Shown here piece after piece: positions 1 through 11,039 of a stretch of 64,000 nucleotides of DNA (within the stretch, counting starts at the first letter, position 1; every line of letters begins with the position of its first letter). The notes under the pieces are model-generated. The model saw only the letters and a program-made list of their open reading frames with translations. It had not been told where the DNA came from and searched no databases. The stretch lies in the NCBI GenBank assembly GCA_963776345.1, contig CAVZMH010000017.1:257186-321185 (forward strand), in the 5' to 3' direction. The translations under genes and the position numbers were made by a program. This stretch comes from an uncultured delta proteobacterium. Its GTDB lineage: Bacteria > Myxococcota > Myxococcia > Myxococcales > Myxococcaceae.

Positions 1-296
1 CCTTCGCCTCGCCCACCCACCCGGTGGTCGCGGCCCGCATCGAGGCGCTGGAGGAAGCGGGCCGCGAGCCGTTCTCCAGCTACCAGCTGCCGGAGGCGGC
101 CCTCGCCCTCCGACAGGGATTCGGGCGCCTCATCCGGACCCGGACCGACCGCGGCATCGTGGCGCTCCTCGACGTGCGAGTGGGGCGCAAGGCCTACGGC
201 CGTCAGCTGCTCGCGGGCCTGCCCCCGGCGCGGCGGTTCAAGGAGATCGGACCGCTGGAGGAGTGGTTCCGGGGCGGCGAGCCGCGCGACGGGTGA
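1..296 (+). CDS. dinG: DinG/YoaA-family ATP-dependent DNA helicase, C-terminal part (5' truncated by window)
   Basis: Helicase C-terminal motifs 'YQLPEAALALRQGFGRLIRTRTDRGIVALLDVRV..KAYG'; frame is open from the window edge. Confidence 0.85.
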   Translation, partial: FASPTHPVVAARIEALEEAGREPFSSYQLPEAALALRQGFGRLIRTRTDRGIVALLDVRVGRKAYGRQLLAGLPPARRFKEIGPLEEWFRGGEPRDG

Positions 297-326
297 GAGG
301 AGCCGACGCTCCAGCGGCGGCCTCGC

Positions 327-1451
327 TCAGCGCGCGGTGGCGCGGAGCCCGTCCGGGAACAGCTCGGGCGACTCGAGGTGCACCAGCGGGATGTCCAGCG
401 TGCACAGGAGGCCCGCGTTCTCGTGGTTGACCTGGAGGCCGTGGTCCTTCGGGTAGAGCTGGTCCAGCCGGTGCCGGAGCCGGTGGAGCCGGTCCGCCGC
501 CTCGGTCACCTCGGCCCCGGGCTGCGCGGTGGCGAGCTGGTGCAGGCGGATCCGCAGCCGCCCCTCGGCGACCGTCGCCGACAGCTCGACCGCCCCCTCC
601 CACGGGGACGCGGGCAGCTCGGCGAGCTGGAACAGGGCGAGCGACGGCACCTCGGCGGTGAGCGCCTCGGCCGCGATGTCGACCCGGGTCCGGAGCCGGC
701 CGGGCGCGCGGATCTGCTGCAGCGCCAGGTAGGCCTGGAGGAACTCCAGCTCCTGCCGCAGCGAGACCCGCTCCTGCCCCAGCGTCGCCAGGGTCAGCCG
801 GAGCACGTCGCTCAGCCGGGCGAGGAGCTGCACCGCCTGGGTCGAGGCGCCCGAGCGGACGAACTCGGCGGTGGTCCGGAGCGTGTCCTCGAGGAGCTGG
901 GGGTGGAGCTGGACGCGCAGCTGGTCCAGCTGGGCGCGGGCCAGCTCGGCCTCCAGCCGGACCGCGGTCAGCGCCTCCCTCCGCAGGCGCCGGCGGAGCT
1001 CGATCGTCCCCAGGATGCCGACGATGGCCAGGTAGTTGATACCCGGCCCGACGAGGCTCCGGAAGCTCACCAGGAACACGCGGCCCGGGGGAAGCTTGCG
1101 CAGCGAGGGTGGGCCGGTGAAGCGCGAGAGCAGCGCCTGCGCGCCGCTGAAGTACACCATCACCCCCAGGAAGCCGGCCAGGAGCGCTCCGAGCAGCACC
1201 GCGGGGCGGGCCCGGGTGGAGACCAGCCGGCGCACCGGGCCCGAGACCACCGCGAGCACCGGGACCCACAGCAGCCACAGGGCGAGATTCCAGAGGCGGT
1301 AGGCCGCGCGGATCTGGAGCGGCATCTCGTTGCGCATCTGCAGCCAGTTCAGGCCGGCCAGCGCCGCGGCGCCGGCGAGCGCGACCGCCCACCACCCGAC
1401 CCGGGACCACCCCCGGCGAGGCGCCGCAGGGGCTGGGGTGGAGGAGCTCAC
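327..1451 (-). CDS. LytS-like membrane histidine kinase paralog with degenerate catalytic motifs (putative pseudokinase)
   Basis: GTG at 1451 after AGAGG; several TM segments; clear paralog of 2213..3301, but H-box reads LHPQLLEDTL and N/G boxes are not recognisable. Confidence 0.75.
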   Translation of the reverse strand: MSSSTPAPAAPRRGWSRVGWWAVALAGAAALAGLNWLQMRNEMPLQIRAAYRLWNLALWLLWVPVLAVVSGPVRRLVSTRARPAVLLGALLAGFLGVMVYFSGAQALLSRFTGPPSLRKLPPGRVFLVSFRSLVGPGINYLAIVGILGTIELRRRLRREALTAVRLEAELARAQLDQLRVQLHPQLLEDTLRTTAEFVRSGASTQAVQLLARLSDVLRLTLATLGQERVSLRQELEFLQAYLALQQIRAPGRLRTRVDIAAEALTAEVPSLALFQLAELPASPWEGAVELSATVAEGRLRIRLHQLATAQPGAEVTEAADRLHRLRHRLDQLYPKDHGLQVNHENAGLLCTLDIPLVHLESPELFPDGLRATAR

Positions 1452-1461
1452 CCGGGCCTCT

Positions 1462-2220
1462 CTACCGCAGCTGCCGGATGCGTGCCTGCTGGCTCCGGGC
1501 GACCGGCAGCTCGGCTCCGGTCGCGAGCACCGCCACCAGGCCGCCGCTGCCCGTCCGGCGAAGCTCGCGCAGCACCCGGCGGTTGACGATGGCCGTCCGG
1601 TGGATGCGAACGAAGCGCATGGGGTCGAGCCGGGCCTCGAGCGCCGCCATCGACTCGCGGTGCAGGTAGGTGCGCGCGCCCACGTGCAGCTCGACGTAGT
1701 AGTCGGCCGATTCGATCCAGTCGATCTCCTCGGCCTCGAGGAAGATGATGCGCCCGCGGTCACGAACCACGATGCGGGCCGACGGGGCCGAGACCAGTCC
1801 CGCCTCCACCGCCTTGGCCCGGAGCTGCTCGCCGATCCGTGCCGCCTCCTCGCGCGACAGCAGCTCCTTGGCCCGGACGAGCGTGTCGCGGAAGCGTGAG
1901 TCCTCGTACGGCTTGAGCAGGTAGTCGAAGGCGTGCACCCGGAACGCCTCGAGCGCGTACTGATCGTACGCGGTCACGAAGACCACCATCGGGAGGGGTG
2001 CCTCGGCACGGGCCAGCACCTCGAAGCCGCTGCCGCCCGGCATCTGCACGTCGAGGAAGCAGAGCTGCGGATGGGTCCGCGCCAGGAGCGCCACCGCCTC
2101 GTCGCCGCTGCCCGCCTCGCCCACCACCTTCACCCCGGGGTCCTCGGCCAGGAGCATCCGCAGGCCCTCCCGGGCCAGCGGCTCGTCGTCCACCACCGCC
2201 ACGGTCACTGGCTCAGGCAC
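1462..2220 (-). CDS. LytTR-family DNA-binding response regulator
   Basis: REC 'VVDDEPLAR..FLDVQMP..FVTAYDQYA..DYLLKP' and LytTR 'IDWIESADYYVELH..FVRIHRTAIVN'; GTG 2220 with GAGG RBS, overlapping the kinase stop. Confidence 0.93.
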   Translation of the reverse strand: MPEPVTVAVVDDEPLAREGLRMLLAEDPGVKVVGEAGSGDEAVALLARTHPQLCFLDVQMPGGSGFEVLARAEAPLPMVVFVTAYDQYALEAFRVHAFDYLLKPYEDSRFRDTLVRAKELLSREEAARIGEQLRAKAVEAGLVSAPSARIVVRDRGRIIFLEAEEIDWIESADYYVELHVGARTYLHRESMAALEARLDPMRFVRIHRTAIVNRRVLRELRRTGSGGLVAVLATGAELPVARSQQARIRQLR

Positions 2221-3301
2221 GCACCACCTCCGGACCACGGAAAGGAATCGCCAGCAGCGACTCGACCCCGCCCTCGGCACGGTTCGCGACGCGGAACCGG
2301 TGCTGCCCGGGGTACAGATGCTGGAGCCGCGCGCGCACGTTGCGCAGCCCCACGCCTCCCGGCGACTCGGAGCCGTCGGTGAGGCCCACGCCGGTGTCGC
2401 GGACGCGCAGGACCAGCTGCTCGCCCTCGCGCACCGCAGCGACCTCCACCGAGCCTCCGGTGACCGACGGGGCGATGCCGTGGCGCACGGCATTCTCCGC
2501 CAGCGGCTGCAGCACCAGGCTCGGCACGCGTGCGTCGAGCGTCTCCGGCGCGATGTGCATCGTGATCCGCAGCCGGTCCGGGAAGCGGATCTGCTGCAGG
2601 CAGAGGTAGCGCTCGAGGAAGTCCAGCTCCTGCCGGAGCGGCACCTCCTGCTGCCCCACCGTCGCCAGCGCGAGCCGGAGCAGGTCGCTGAGCCCGGCGA
2701 TCATCCGCACCGCCGTGTCGCCCTCGCCCTTGCGGACCAGCATCGAGATGGCGTTCAGGGTGTTGAAGAGGAAGTGCGGATGGAGCTGGACCCGGAGCGA
2801 GTCCAGCTCGGCCTTCGCCAGCTCGGCCTGGAGCCGCGCGCCCGCCAGCTCCTGGGCGCGCAGCTTTCGCCGCAGGTCGATGGCCAGGAGCACTCCCACG
2901 CTCATGACGTAGACCAGCGTGTCCAGGAACGCGCTCTTGCTCACCGAGTCCCAGAGCGCCGTTCCCAGCGGCATCTTCCGCATGCTGTACGGCCCGACCA
3001 CCCGCGACAGAAGCGCCAGGCAGCCCTCCTGGATGAAGACGAAGGCCGTGCAGGTGATCACGTGGACCGTGCCGACGCGCAGCGCCCCGTACCGCTCGAG
3101 GGTGACCCGCCGCACCAGCCAGGCCAGGGGCGGGATGAGGAACGCCCAGAGGACCCAGCCCGAATAGAACCAGAGGAACCGGTGGGTCCCCCAGCTGCCC
3201 ACCATCTCCTGCGCCCAGGTCTTGGACTGGAGCCCGACGATCACGCCGGGGATGGACCAGAGGAGGACGAGGCCGGCGAACCGGCGCAGGGAGGCGAGCA
3301 T
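2213..3301 (-). CDS. LytS/YehU-family sensor histidine kinase
   Basis: H-box QLHPHFLFNTL, N-box LQPLAENAVRHG, G1 VRDTGVG, G2 GVGLRNV; N-terminal TM helices; start may be 3301 or 3313. Confidence 0.92.
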   Translation of the reverse strand: MLASLRRFAGLVLLWSIPGVIVGLQSKTWAQEMVGSWGTHRFLWFYSGWVLWAFLIPPLAWLVRRVTLERYGALRVGTVHVITCTAFVFIQEGCLALLSRVVGPYSMRKMPLGTALWDSVSKSAFLDTLVYVMSVGVLLAIDLRRKLRAQELAGARLQAELAKAELDSLRVQLHPHFLFNTLNAISMLVRKGEGDTAVRMIAGLSDLLRLALATVGQQEVPLRQELDFLERYLCLQQIRFPDRLRITMHIAPETLDARVPSLVLQPLAENAVRHGIAPSVTGGSVEVAAVREGEQLVLRVRDTGVGLTDGSESPGGVGLRNVRARLQHLYPGQHRFRVANRAEGGVESLLAIPFRGPEVVRA

Positions 3302-3463
3302 GAGGGGCCGCAAGGAGAACGTGCGTATGTACGGACGATTCCGTCGGTCCCCCGGAACCTGCAGCCAGCGAGGTGGCTCCCGCAGCGGATGGCGGGCGGG
3401 GGGGCCGATGCGGAGTCTACCCCCCGTTCAGGGGGGCGGCGCAGGGGTCGCCCCCTTCGGGGC

Positions 3464-4000
3464 TCAGAGCTCGCGAGACATGAGAAGCCGGAGCTTCCCG
3501 GACTTCTTGCTCACCACCGTCGCCACCGTGGTGAACCCGGCCTTCCGGTAGAAGGCCACTGCCGGTGCGTTCGCCGGATCCACCCGAAGTGCCAGGGTTT
3601 TCCGGTACATGTCGCGGGCCACACCCAGGGCGTGGTCCAGGAGCGCCATCCCCACCCCGCGGTGGCGCAGCTCGGGCTTGACCACGATGTTCCGCATGTA
3701 GGCGGCGCCGGCCACCGGGCCGTCCCGCTCCACGGTCACGTAGCCCACGATCTGGCCCTGGAGGCGCGCCACGTAGACGAAGGGGCGCAGCTGGGTGAGG
3801 GCCTGGAGTGACTCCTCCGGAGTCTCGCCCCGCTTCGCCCAGGGTTCCGAGGTGCCCCGGAGCGCGGCCACCGGCTGGAGCTCCGCGTCTCCCAGGGGGC
3901 CAAACTTGAGAGCGGCCGGGAGATTGGCGGGCAGGCTGGCGACGTCGAGCGGCGGCAAGGTCGGCTGCTCAGTGAGGGTCTCCACCCGCTTCATCGTCAT
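3464..4000 (-). CDS. GNAT-family N-acetyltransferase
   Basis: Acetyl-CoA motif 'IVVKPELRHRGVGMALL' and 'NAPAVAFYRKAGF'. Confidence 0.85.
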   Translation of the reverse strand: MTMKRVETLTEQPTLPPLDVASLPANLPAALKFGPLGDAELQPVAALRGTSEPWAKRGETPEESLQALTQLRPFVYVARLQGQIVGYVTVERDGPVAGAAYMRNIVVKPELRHRGVGMALLDHALGVARDMYRKTLALRVDPANAPAVAFYRKAGFTTVATVVSKKSGKLRLLMSREL

Positions 4001-4190
4001 CTCCGCCACCCCCTCGTCCCTTCGGGGGATCCTAACCTCTTGGTTCCTATCCGTGCACGTACCGAAACGAGGGGTCCGCTGTGGTCGAGGGTCGGACCGA
4101 GGCCGCCATTCTCGACGTGCGCCGCCCTCCTGTATTCTCCTGGGCTGACTCCGGGCACAGCCACCCCATGCGCGTGCCGGGGTCGTCCTC

Positions 4191-4888
4191 GTGCAACTCA
4201 ACCACGCCCAGCGCGAACTGACGGTCAAGGTCGTCTACTACGGCCCCGGCCTGTCCGGGAAAACGACCAATCTCCAGATGATCCACGCCCGCACCGGGAG
4301 CGAGGGGCGGGGAAAGCTGCTCACGGTCGAGACCCACGACGACCGCACCCTGTTCTTCGATCTGCTGCCGGTCTTCTTCCACACCAAGGGCGGCTACACG
4401 GTGAAGGTGAAGCTGTTCACCGTTCCCGGCCAGGTCATCCACAACGCCACCCGGCGGGTGGTGCTCCAGAACGCCGACGCGGTCGCCTTCATCGCCGACA
4501 GCCGGCGCAGCGCGGGCCAGGAGAACAACCAGTACTGGAGCAACCTGCAGGACAACATGCGGGAGAACGGGCTCAACGCGGCCCAGGTCCCGATCGTGAT
4601 CCAGTTCAACAAGCGGGATCTGCCGGACACCAAGACCGACGCCGAGCTCGAGGAGACCCGCGCGCGGGGCAAGGAGCCGGTCATCGGCGCGGTGGCGATC
4701 CGCGGCGAGGGCGTGCTGGAGACGCTGTTCGCGGTGCTTCAGCTCGCCTACCGCAAGATGGACGAGCAGGCAGGCCTGAGCCGGAACATCGGGCTCGGCG
4801 AGGCCGAGTTCCTGAAGCTCATCTTCGCCCGCATGGACACCGCCGGGACCCAGGTCGCCGAGTGGCTGGCCAGCGGGGGAGGCCCGCG

Positions 4889-4892
<4 letters not shown>
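4191..4892 (+). CDS. sofG: MglA-family small Ras-like GTPase (SofG-like)
   Basis: G1 YYGPGLSGKTTN, 'DRTLFFD' (catalytic Arg), G3 TVPGQ, G4 NKRD; no mglB neighbour; position upstream of dif matches my recollection of M. xanthus sofG. Confidence 0.7.
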
Positions 4893-6412
<1,520 letters not shown>

Positions 6413-6426
6413 TCGAGGCCCTGTCC

Positions 6427-7407
6427 GTGGGCCCGGAGTTCCAGCTCATCGAGGCCTTCGTCGGCGCGGCCCGCGCCTCGCCGCCCGCGCCGGCCGGGCC
6501 GGGTGACGACACCGCGGTGCTGCCCCGGCCGCGCGGCGAGATCTGCGTCACCGTGGACGCGGTGGTGGAGGACGTGCACTTCCGCCGCGCGAGCAGCCGG
6601 CTCCAGGACGTGGGCCACAAGGCCCTGGCGGTCAACCTCTCGGACCTTGCCGCGATGGGCGCGCGTCCGCGCTGGGCGCTGGTGGCGCTGGGCGTGCCGC
6701 GGGGGTTCTCGCTCCGCGAGGCGCGCGCGCTCGGGGCCGGGTTCGGGGCGCTGGCCCGTGAGACCGGCACCGCGCTCGTCGGCGGCAACGTCACCCGGGC
6801 GCCGGGCCTGTCGGTGACCGTGACGGTCGGCGGCGAGGTGGCTGCGGGGCGCGCGCTGCTCCGCGCGGGCGCCCGGCCGGGGGAGGTGGTCTGGGTGTCC
6901 GGGACGCTCGGGGATGCCCGGCTCGGTCTCGCGCTGATGGAGCGTCCGGGCGGCGTGGAGGCGAGGCGTCTCCGGCGTCGTCCGCGTCTCGCCGGCGAGG
7001 CGCGCGCGCGGCAGCGGCGTCCGTCGCCGCGGCTCGAGCTCGGAGCGGCGCTGATCGGCCTCGCCTCCTCGTGCATCGACCTGAGCGACGGACTGGTGCA
7101 GGACGCGGGACACCTGGCGGCATCGAGCGGCGTCGCGCTGGGCCTCGCGCTCACCGCACTCCCCTGCTCCGGAGCGCTCGAGGCGGCGTACCCCGAGGCG
7201 GGGGAGCGTGCCCGCACCGCGGCCGCCGGGGGCGAGGACTACGAGCTGCTCTTCACCGCTCCAGCCTCGCGCCGGGCCGCGGTGAATCGCCTCGCCCGCC
7301 GGCTCGGCCTGCGCCTCACGCCCATCGGGGAGGTGCGCGCCGGGCGCGGGGTCCACGTGGCCGGGGCCCGGGCGAGCAGCCTCCGGGGATTCGACCACCT
7401 GGCCTGA
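6427..7407 (+). CDS. thiL: Thiamine-monophosphate kinase
   Basis: 'EFQLI', 'GPGDDTA', 'VEDVHF', 'KALAVNLSDLAAMGA', 'IDLSDGL', 'GGEDYELLFT', C-terminal 'GFDH'. Confidence 0.93.
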   Translation: MGPEFQLIEAFVGAARASPPAPAGPGDDTAVLPRPRGEICVTVDAVVEDVHFRRASSRLQDVGHKALAVNLSDLAAMGARPRWALVALGVPRGFSLREARALGAGFGALARETGTALVGGNVTRAPGLSVTVTVGGEVAAGRALLRAGARPGEVVWVSGTLGDARLGLALMERPGGVEARRLRRRPRLAGEARARQRRPSPRLELGAALIGLASSCIDLSDGLVQDAGHLAASSGVALGLALTALPCSGALEAAYPEAGERARTAAAGGEDYELLFTAPASRRAAVNRLARRLGLRLTPIGEVRAGRGVHVAGARASSLRGFDHLA

Positions 7408-7458
7408 CGGGCCGCCCGGGTCCGCGACGATGTAACCTGGCGGGAAGTCGACTCATTT

Positions 7459-7506
7459 CGAGGTGTCCCACGACGAGGTGTCAGACACCTCGTCATGGAC
7501 ACCTCG
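7459..7506. repeat. Nested direct plus inverted repeat of the 9-mer CGAGGTGTC (2 forward, 2 reverse)
   Basis: CGAGGTGTC at 7459 and 7474; GACACCTCG at 7484 and 7498; dyad centre at 7483. Confidence 0.8.
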
Positions 7507-7629
7507 TCATGACGGGACTCGTCGGCCTCGTCGTGGCGGCGACAACGTCGAGCCACGCCGTCGTCGTGACGGAGGAGCGACGCGGCGATCCGGCGACAGG
7601 CTGCACCGGGACCGGAGGACGACAGCGGC

Positions 7630-8649
7630 GTGAAATACCTGGTGACCGGCGGGGCGGGCTTCATTGGCTGCAACGCAGCACGACGGTGGATGGAGCGCGG
7701 GCACGACGTCGTCGTCCTCGACGACCTGTCGCGCCGGGGCGCGGACAGCAACCTCGCCTGGCTCCGCACGCAGGGGCGCTTTACCTTCGAGCGGGTCGAC
7801 ATCCGCGACCCCGCCGCGCTCGACGCCGCCCTGGCCCGCCACCCGGACACGCAGGTCATCGCCCACCTCGCCGCGCAGGTCGCGGTCACCACCTCGGTCA
7901 CCGAGCCACGCCACGACTTCGAGGTGAACGCCCTCGGCACCTTCAACCTGCTCGAGTCCGTGCGCCGCCACGCGCCCTCCGCCGCGTTCCTCTACGCCTC
8001 CACCAACAAGGTCTACGGCGGGCTGGAGCACGTCGGGGTCGAGCTGCGCAACGGCCGCTACGCCTTCCACGACCGGCCGCGCGGCATCTCCGAGGAGGAG
8101 CCGCTCGACTTCCACTCGCCGTACGGCTGCAGCAAGGGCGCCGCCGACCAGTACGTGCGCGACTACGCGCGCATCTACGGGCTGCGCACCGTGGTCTTCC
8201 GCCAGTCGTGCATCTACGGGTGGCGGCAGTTCGGCGTCGAGGACCAGGGCTGGGTCGCCTGGTTCACCATCGCCGCGGTCACCGGGAAGCCGGTCACCAT
8301 CTACGGGGACGGACGCCAGGTGCGAGATCTCCTGTTCGTGGACGACCTCTGCGAGGCCTACGACGCCGCGGTGGAGCGCATCGACCGCGCCAGCGGCCAG
8401 GTGTTCAACCTCGGGGGCGGGCCCGACAACACGCTGTCGCTGCTCGAGCTGGTGGAGCAGCTGGACCGCCTCACCGGGCGTCCGCTCCGCCCGGCGTTCT
8501 CCGGCTGGCGCCCGGGGGACCAGCCGGTCTTCGTCGCCGACGTCACCCGCGCCGCCGAGGCCCTGGGCTGGCGTCCGCGCACCGGCGTGGCGGAGGGCGT
8601 CCAGAAGCTCGCCGGCTGGGTCCAGGAAAACCGAGCTCTCTTCGAGTGA
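7630..8649 (+). CDS. NAD-dependent NDP-sugar epimerase/dehydratase (CDP-tyvelose/paratose 2-epimerase-like)
   Basis: [31 protein letters not shown] (YxxxK), [23 protein letters not shown]. Confidence 0.9.
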   Translation: MKYLVTGGAGFIGCNAARRWMERGHDVVVLDDLSRRGADSNLAWLRTQGRFTFERVDIRDPAALDAALARHPDTQVIAHLAAQVAVTTSVTEPRHDFEVNALGTFNLLESVRRHAPSAAFLYASTNKVYGGLEHVGVELRNGRYAFHDRPRGISEEEPLDFHSPYGCSKGAADQYVRDYARIYGLRTVVFRQSCIYGWRQFGVEDQGWVAWFTIAAVTGKPVTIYGDGRQVRDLLFVDDLCEAYDAAVERIDRASGQVFNLGGGPDNTLSLLELVEQLDRLTGRPLRPAFSGWRPGDQPVFVADVTRAAEALGWRPRTGVAEGVQKLAGWVQENRALFE

Positions 8650-8848
8650 GGGCCCTCCCCGCCGTGTGGGGAGGGGTGTTCTCCGCAGCACGCCGCGTGC
8701 CCGGAATGTGAAATCCGGTCGGCCCTGCGCCAGAATCACGGGCCCGATGGCACTGGTGCCCCCGCCGACCCGGAACGGAACGGTTCGCCGCTCCGTGCTG
8801 GACGAGTTTCCCGCCGCCCGGCCGCGGCGGGCCGCGCCGGTGCGCCGC

Positions 8849-10132
8849 ATGGCCCAGGCGCTCGAGGACCGGAGCCCGCCGGTGTCGCTGCCGCTGCAGA
8901 GCAAGATCCTGGTCTCGCACTTCCTGCTGGCGATGGTGCTGTTCGGCACGCTCCAGCTGGTGCGCAACGTCCCCTGGGTGCTCCAGGCGCTGGTCGCCGG
9001 GGTGCTCACCCTGGTCCTCGCGCTCCTGCTCCCGGCGGTGCTGGCCCGCGTCTCCCGCCTCCGCTCTCTCAGCCGGAGCGCGCTCGACATCTCCCGTGGC
9101 GACCTCGCCTCGCCGGTCAGCACCGACCCGAGCCTCGGGCGCGACGAGATCGACGAGCTCACCACCGCCATCGGCAACATGCAGGAGAACCTGCGCGAGC
9201 TGGTGGGCCACATCCAGCACACCGCGGCCAGCGTGGCCGACTCGGCCAACGAGCTGCAGCGCTCGGCGGAGAACGTCAACGCCGCCACCACCGAGGTCGG
9301 CACCTCCATCCGGAAGATCGCCCTCGGCGCGGGCACCCAGTCGGACCTGGTGGCCCGCGCCCAGAAGGTCATCGGCGAGATGGCGGGGAGCATCCAGCGC
9401 ACGGCGCTGTCGGCCGAGGACGCCGCGCTCGCCGCCGGCGAGACCTCGGTGGCAGCCGAGCAGGGCAGCAAGGCCGCGCGGCTCGCCGGGGAGAAGGTGA
9501 ACAAGGTCTTCAGCCGCGTGGAGAGCGCGAGCCAGGAGGTCTTCGCCTTCGGGGAGAAGACCCAGGAGATCTCCAAGATCGTCGACGTCATCACCCAGGT
9601 GGCGCAGCAGACGAATCTCCTGGCGCTCAACGCCACCATCGAGGCCGCGCGGGCCGGCGAGTACGGGCGCGGGTTTGCCGTGGTGGCCGACGAGGTCCGC
9701 AAGCTCGCCGAGTCCGCGGGCAAGAGCGCGGAGCAGATCAGCAAGCTCGCCCGCGACATCTCCGGCCAGTCCACCGCGGTGGTCTCGGCGATGAAGCAGG
9801 GCATCGAGGAGCTCACCGAGGGTCGCGAGGACCTGGGGACCATCGTCCGCTCGATGGGGAGCATCACCGACACCGCCCGCAAGGGTGCGGAGAAGGTGCA
9901 CCTCATCAGCCAGAGCGCCCGCGAGCAGCTCGCCGGCAGCGAGGAGATGGTGAAGGCGGTGGGGGAGATCTCCGAGGTGGCCGAGGCCAACGCCGGCTCC
10001 ACCGAGGCGGCGAGCCGGCCCATCGAGGACCAGACCTCCGCCGTGGCCCGCCTGACCTCCGCGGCGCAGGAGCTCAACAACCTCAGCCTCGAGCTGCAGA
10101 GCGTGGTGCGCCGGTTCCGGCTCGGGTCGTGA
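8849..10132 (+). CDS. difA: Methyl-accepting chemotaxis protein, DifA-like (two close TM helices, HAMP, no periplasmic domain)
   Basis: MCP tip '[35 protein letters not shown]'; HAMP 'DEIDEL'; first gene of an MCP-CheW-CheY-CheA-CheC order; start uncertain. Confidence 0.85.
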   Translation: MAQALEDRSPPVSLPLQSKILVSHFLLAMVLFGTLQLVRNVPWVLQALVAGVLTLVLALLLPAVLARVSRLRSLSRSALDISRGDLASPVSTDPSLGRDEIDELTTAIGNMQENLRELVGHIQHTAASVADSANELQRSAENVNAATTEVGTSIRKIALGAGTQSDLVARAQKVIGEMAGSIQRTALSAEDAALAAGETSVAAEQGSKAARLAGEKVNKVFSRVESASQEVFAFGEKTQEISKIVDVITQVAQQTNLLALNATIEAARAGEYGRGFAVVADEVRKLAESAGKSAEQISKLARDISGQSTAVVSAMKQGIEELTEGREDLGTIVRSMGSITDTARKGAEKVHLISQSAREQLAGSEEMVKAVGEISEVAEANAGSTEAASRPIEDQTSAVARLTSAAQELNNLSLELQSVVRRFRLGS

Positions 10133-10185
10133 GCGCTCCCGCCAGCTCTGCCGGCAAGGGTGCGACGGCATCCGACCGCGGGCCC

Positions 10186-10605
10186 GTGCAGCACGTGGTC
10201 TTTCGAGTCGACACGACACGCTACGCGCTGCCTCTCGCCGCGGTGCGCGAAGTGGTGGTTCAGCCCGAGGGCCTGGTGCGCGTGCCGCGGGCGCCGGGGC
10301 CGGTGTTGGGGGTGGTGAACCTCCGTGGCCGGGTGGTGACGGTGGTGGACTTCCCCCTGCTGCTCGAGCTCCCCAGCCCGGCCCAGCCGCAGCGGAAGCT
10401 GATCCTCCTCGACCGCGGCCGCCGCGACCTGGCCCTCAGCGTGACCGACGTCGAGGGCATCGAGACGGTGGAGAAAGTGTCAACACAGCCACGCGAGTCA
10501 CGCGCCCCGGTGCGCGGGGTGACCCGGGTCAAGGGTGTGGCGGTGACGGTGCTGGACGCGGACGCGCTCGACGTCGCGGTGACACGCCTCTTCGACCGCG
10601 GCTAA
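10186..10605 (+). CDS. difC: CheW coupling protein
   Basis: 'YALPLAAVREVV..RVPRAP..LGVVNLRGRVVTVVD'; alternative start at 10129. Confidence 0.85.
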   Translation: MQHVVFRVDTTRYALPLAAVREVVVQPEGLVRVPRAPGPVLGVVNLRGRVVTVVDFPLLLELPSPAQPQRKLILLDRGRRDLALSVTDVEGIETVEKVSTQPRESRAPVRGVTRVKGVAVTVLDADALDVAVTRLFDRG

Positions 10606-10641
10606 CATCCACCGCCTCTCCCTGGGCTCCCTGACGTCCAC

Positions 10642-11019
10642 ATGCCGAAGCGAGTGCTGATCGTCGACGACGCGGTGTTCATGCGGAACATGATCCGCGA
10701 CATCTTCAGCTCCGGCGGGTACGAGGTCGTGGGCGAGGCCTCCCACGGCATCGAGGCCATCGAGAAGTACCGCGCGCTGAAGCCGGACCTCACCACCATG
10801 GACATCGTCATGCCGTACAAGAGCGGCATCGAGGCCACCCGGGAGATCGTCAAGGGCGACCCCCGGGCGGTGGTGGTCATCTGCTCGGCGCTGGGCCAGG
10901 AGTCGCTGGTGATGGAGGCGATCGAGGCCGGTGCCGCCGACTTCATCGTCAAGCCGTTCCGAGCCGAGGACGTCCTGGCGGTGGTGACGAAGGTCCTGGG
11001 CGAGAAGCCCAAGGTGTAG
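10642..11019 (+). CDS. difD: CheY-like single-domain response regulator
   Basis: 'VLIVDDAVFMR..MDIVMP..CSALGQE..DFIVKPF'. Confidence 0.9.
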   Translation: MPKRVLIVDDAVFMRNMIRDIFSSGGYEVVGEASHGIEAIEKYRALKPDLTTMDIVMPYKSGIEATREIVKGDPRAVVVICSALGQESLVMEAIEAGAADFIVKPFRAEDVLAVVTKVLGEKPKV

Positions 11020-11039
11020 CCCTGGCCGCGACGCTCGAC

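Noticed and set aside
7459..7513. Possible mini-CRISPR array
   Set aside because: Repeats are only 9-14 bp with 1-6 bp spacers and switch orientation; no cas genes in the window
7507..10194. 895-aa antisense ORF over the epimerase and difA, and the many similar long overlapping ORFs in the track
   Set aside because: Stop-codon scarcity at high GC; Arg/Pro/Gly/Ala-rich or mirror-like translations; the sense genes have clear family motifs
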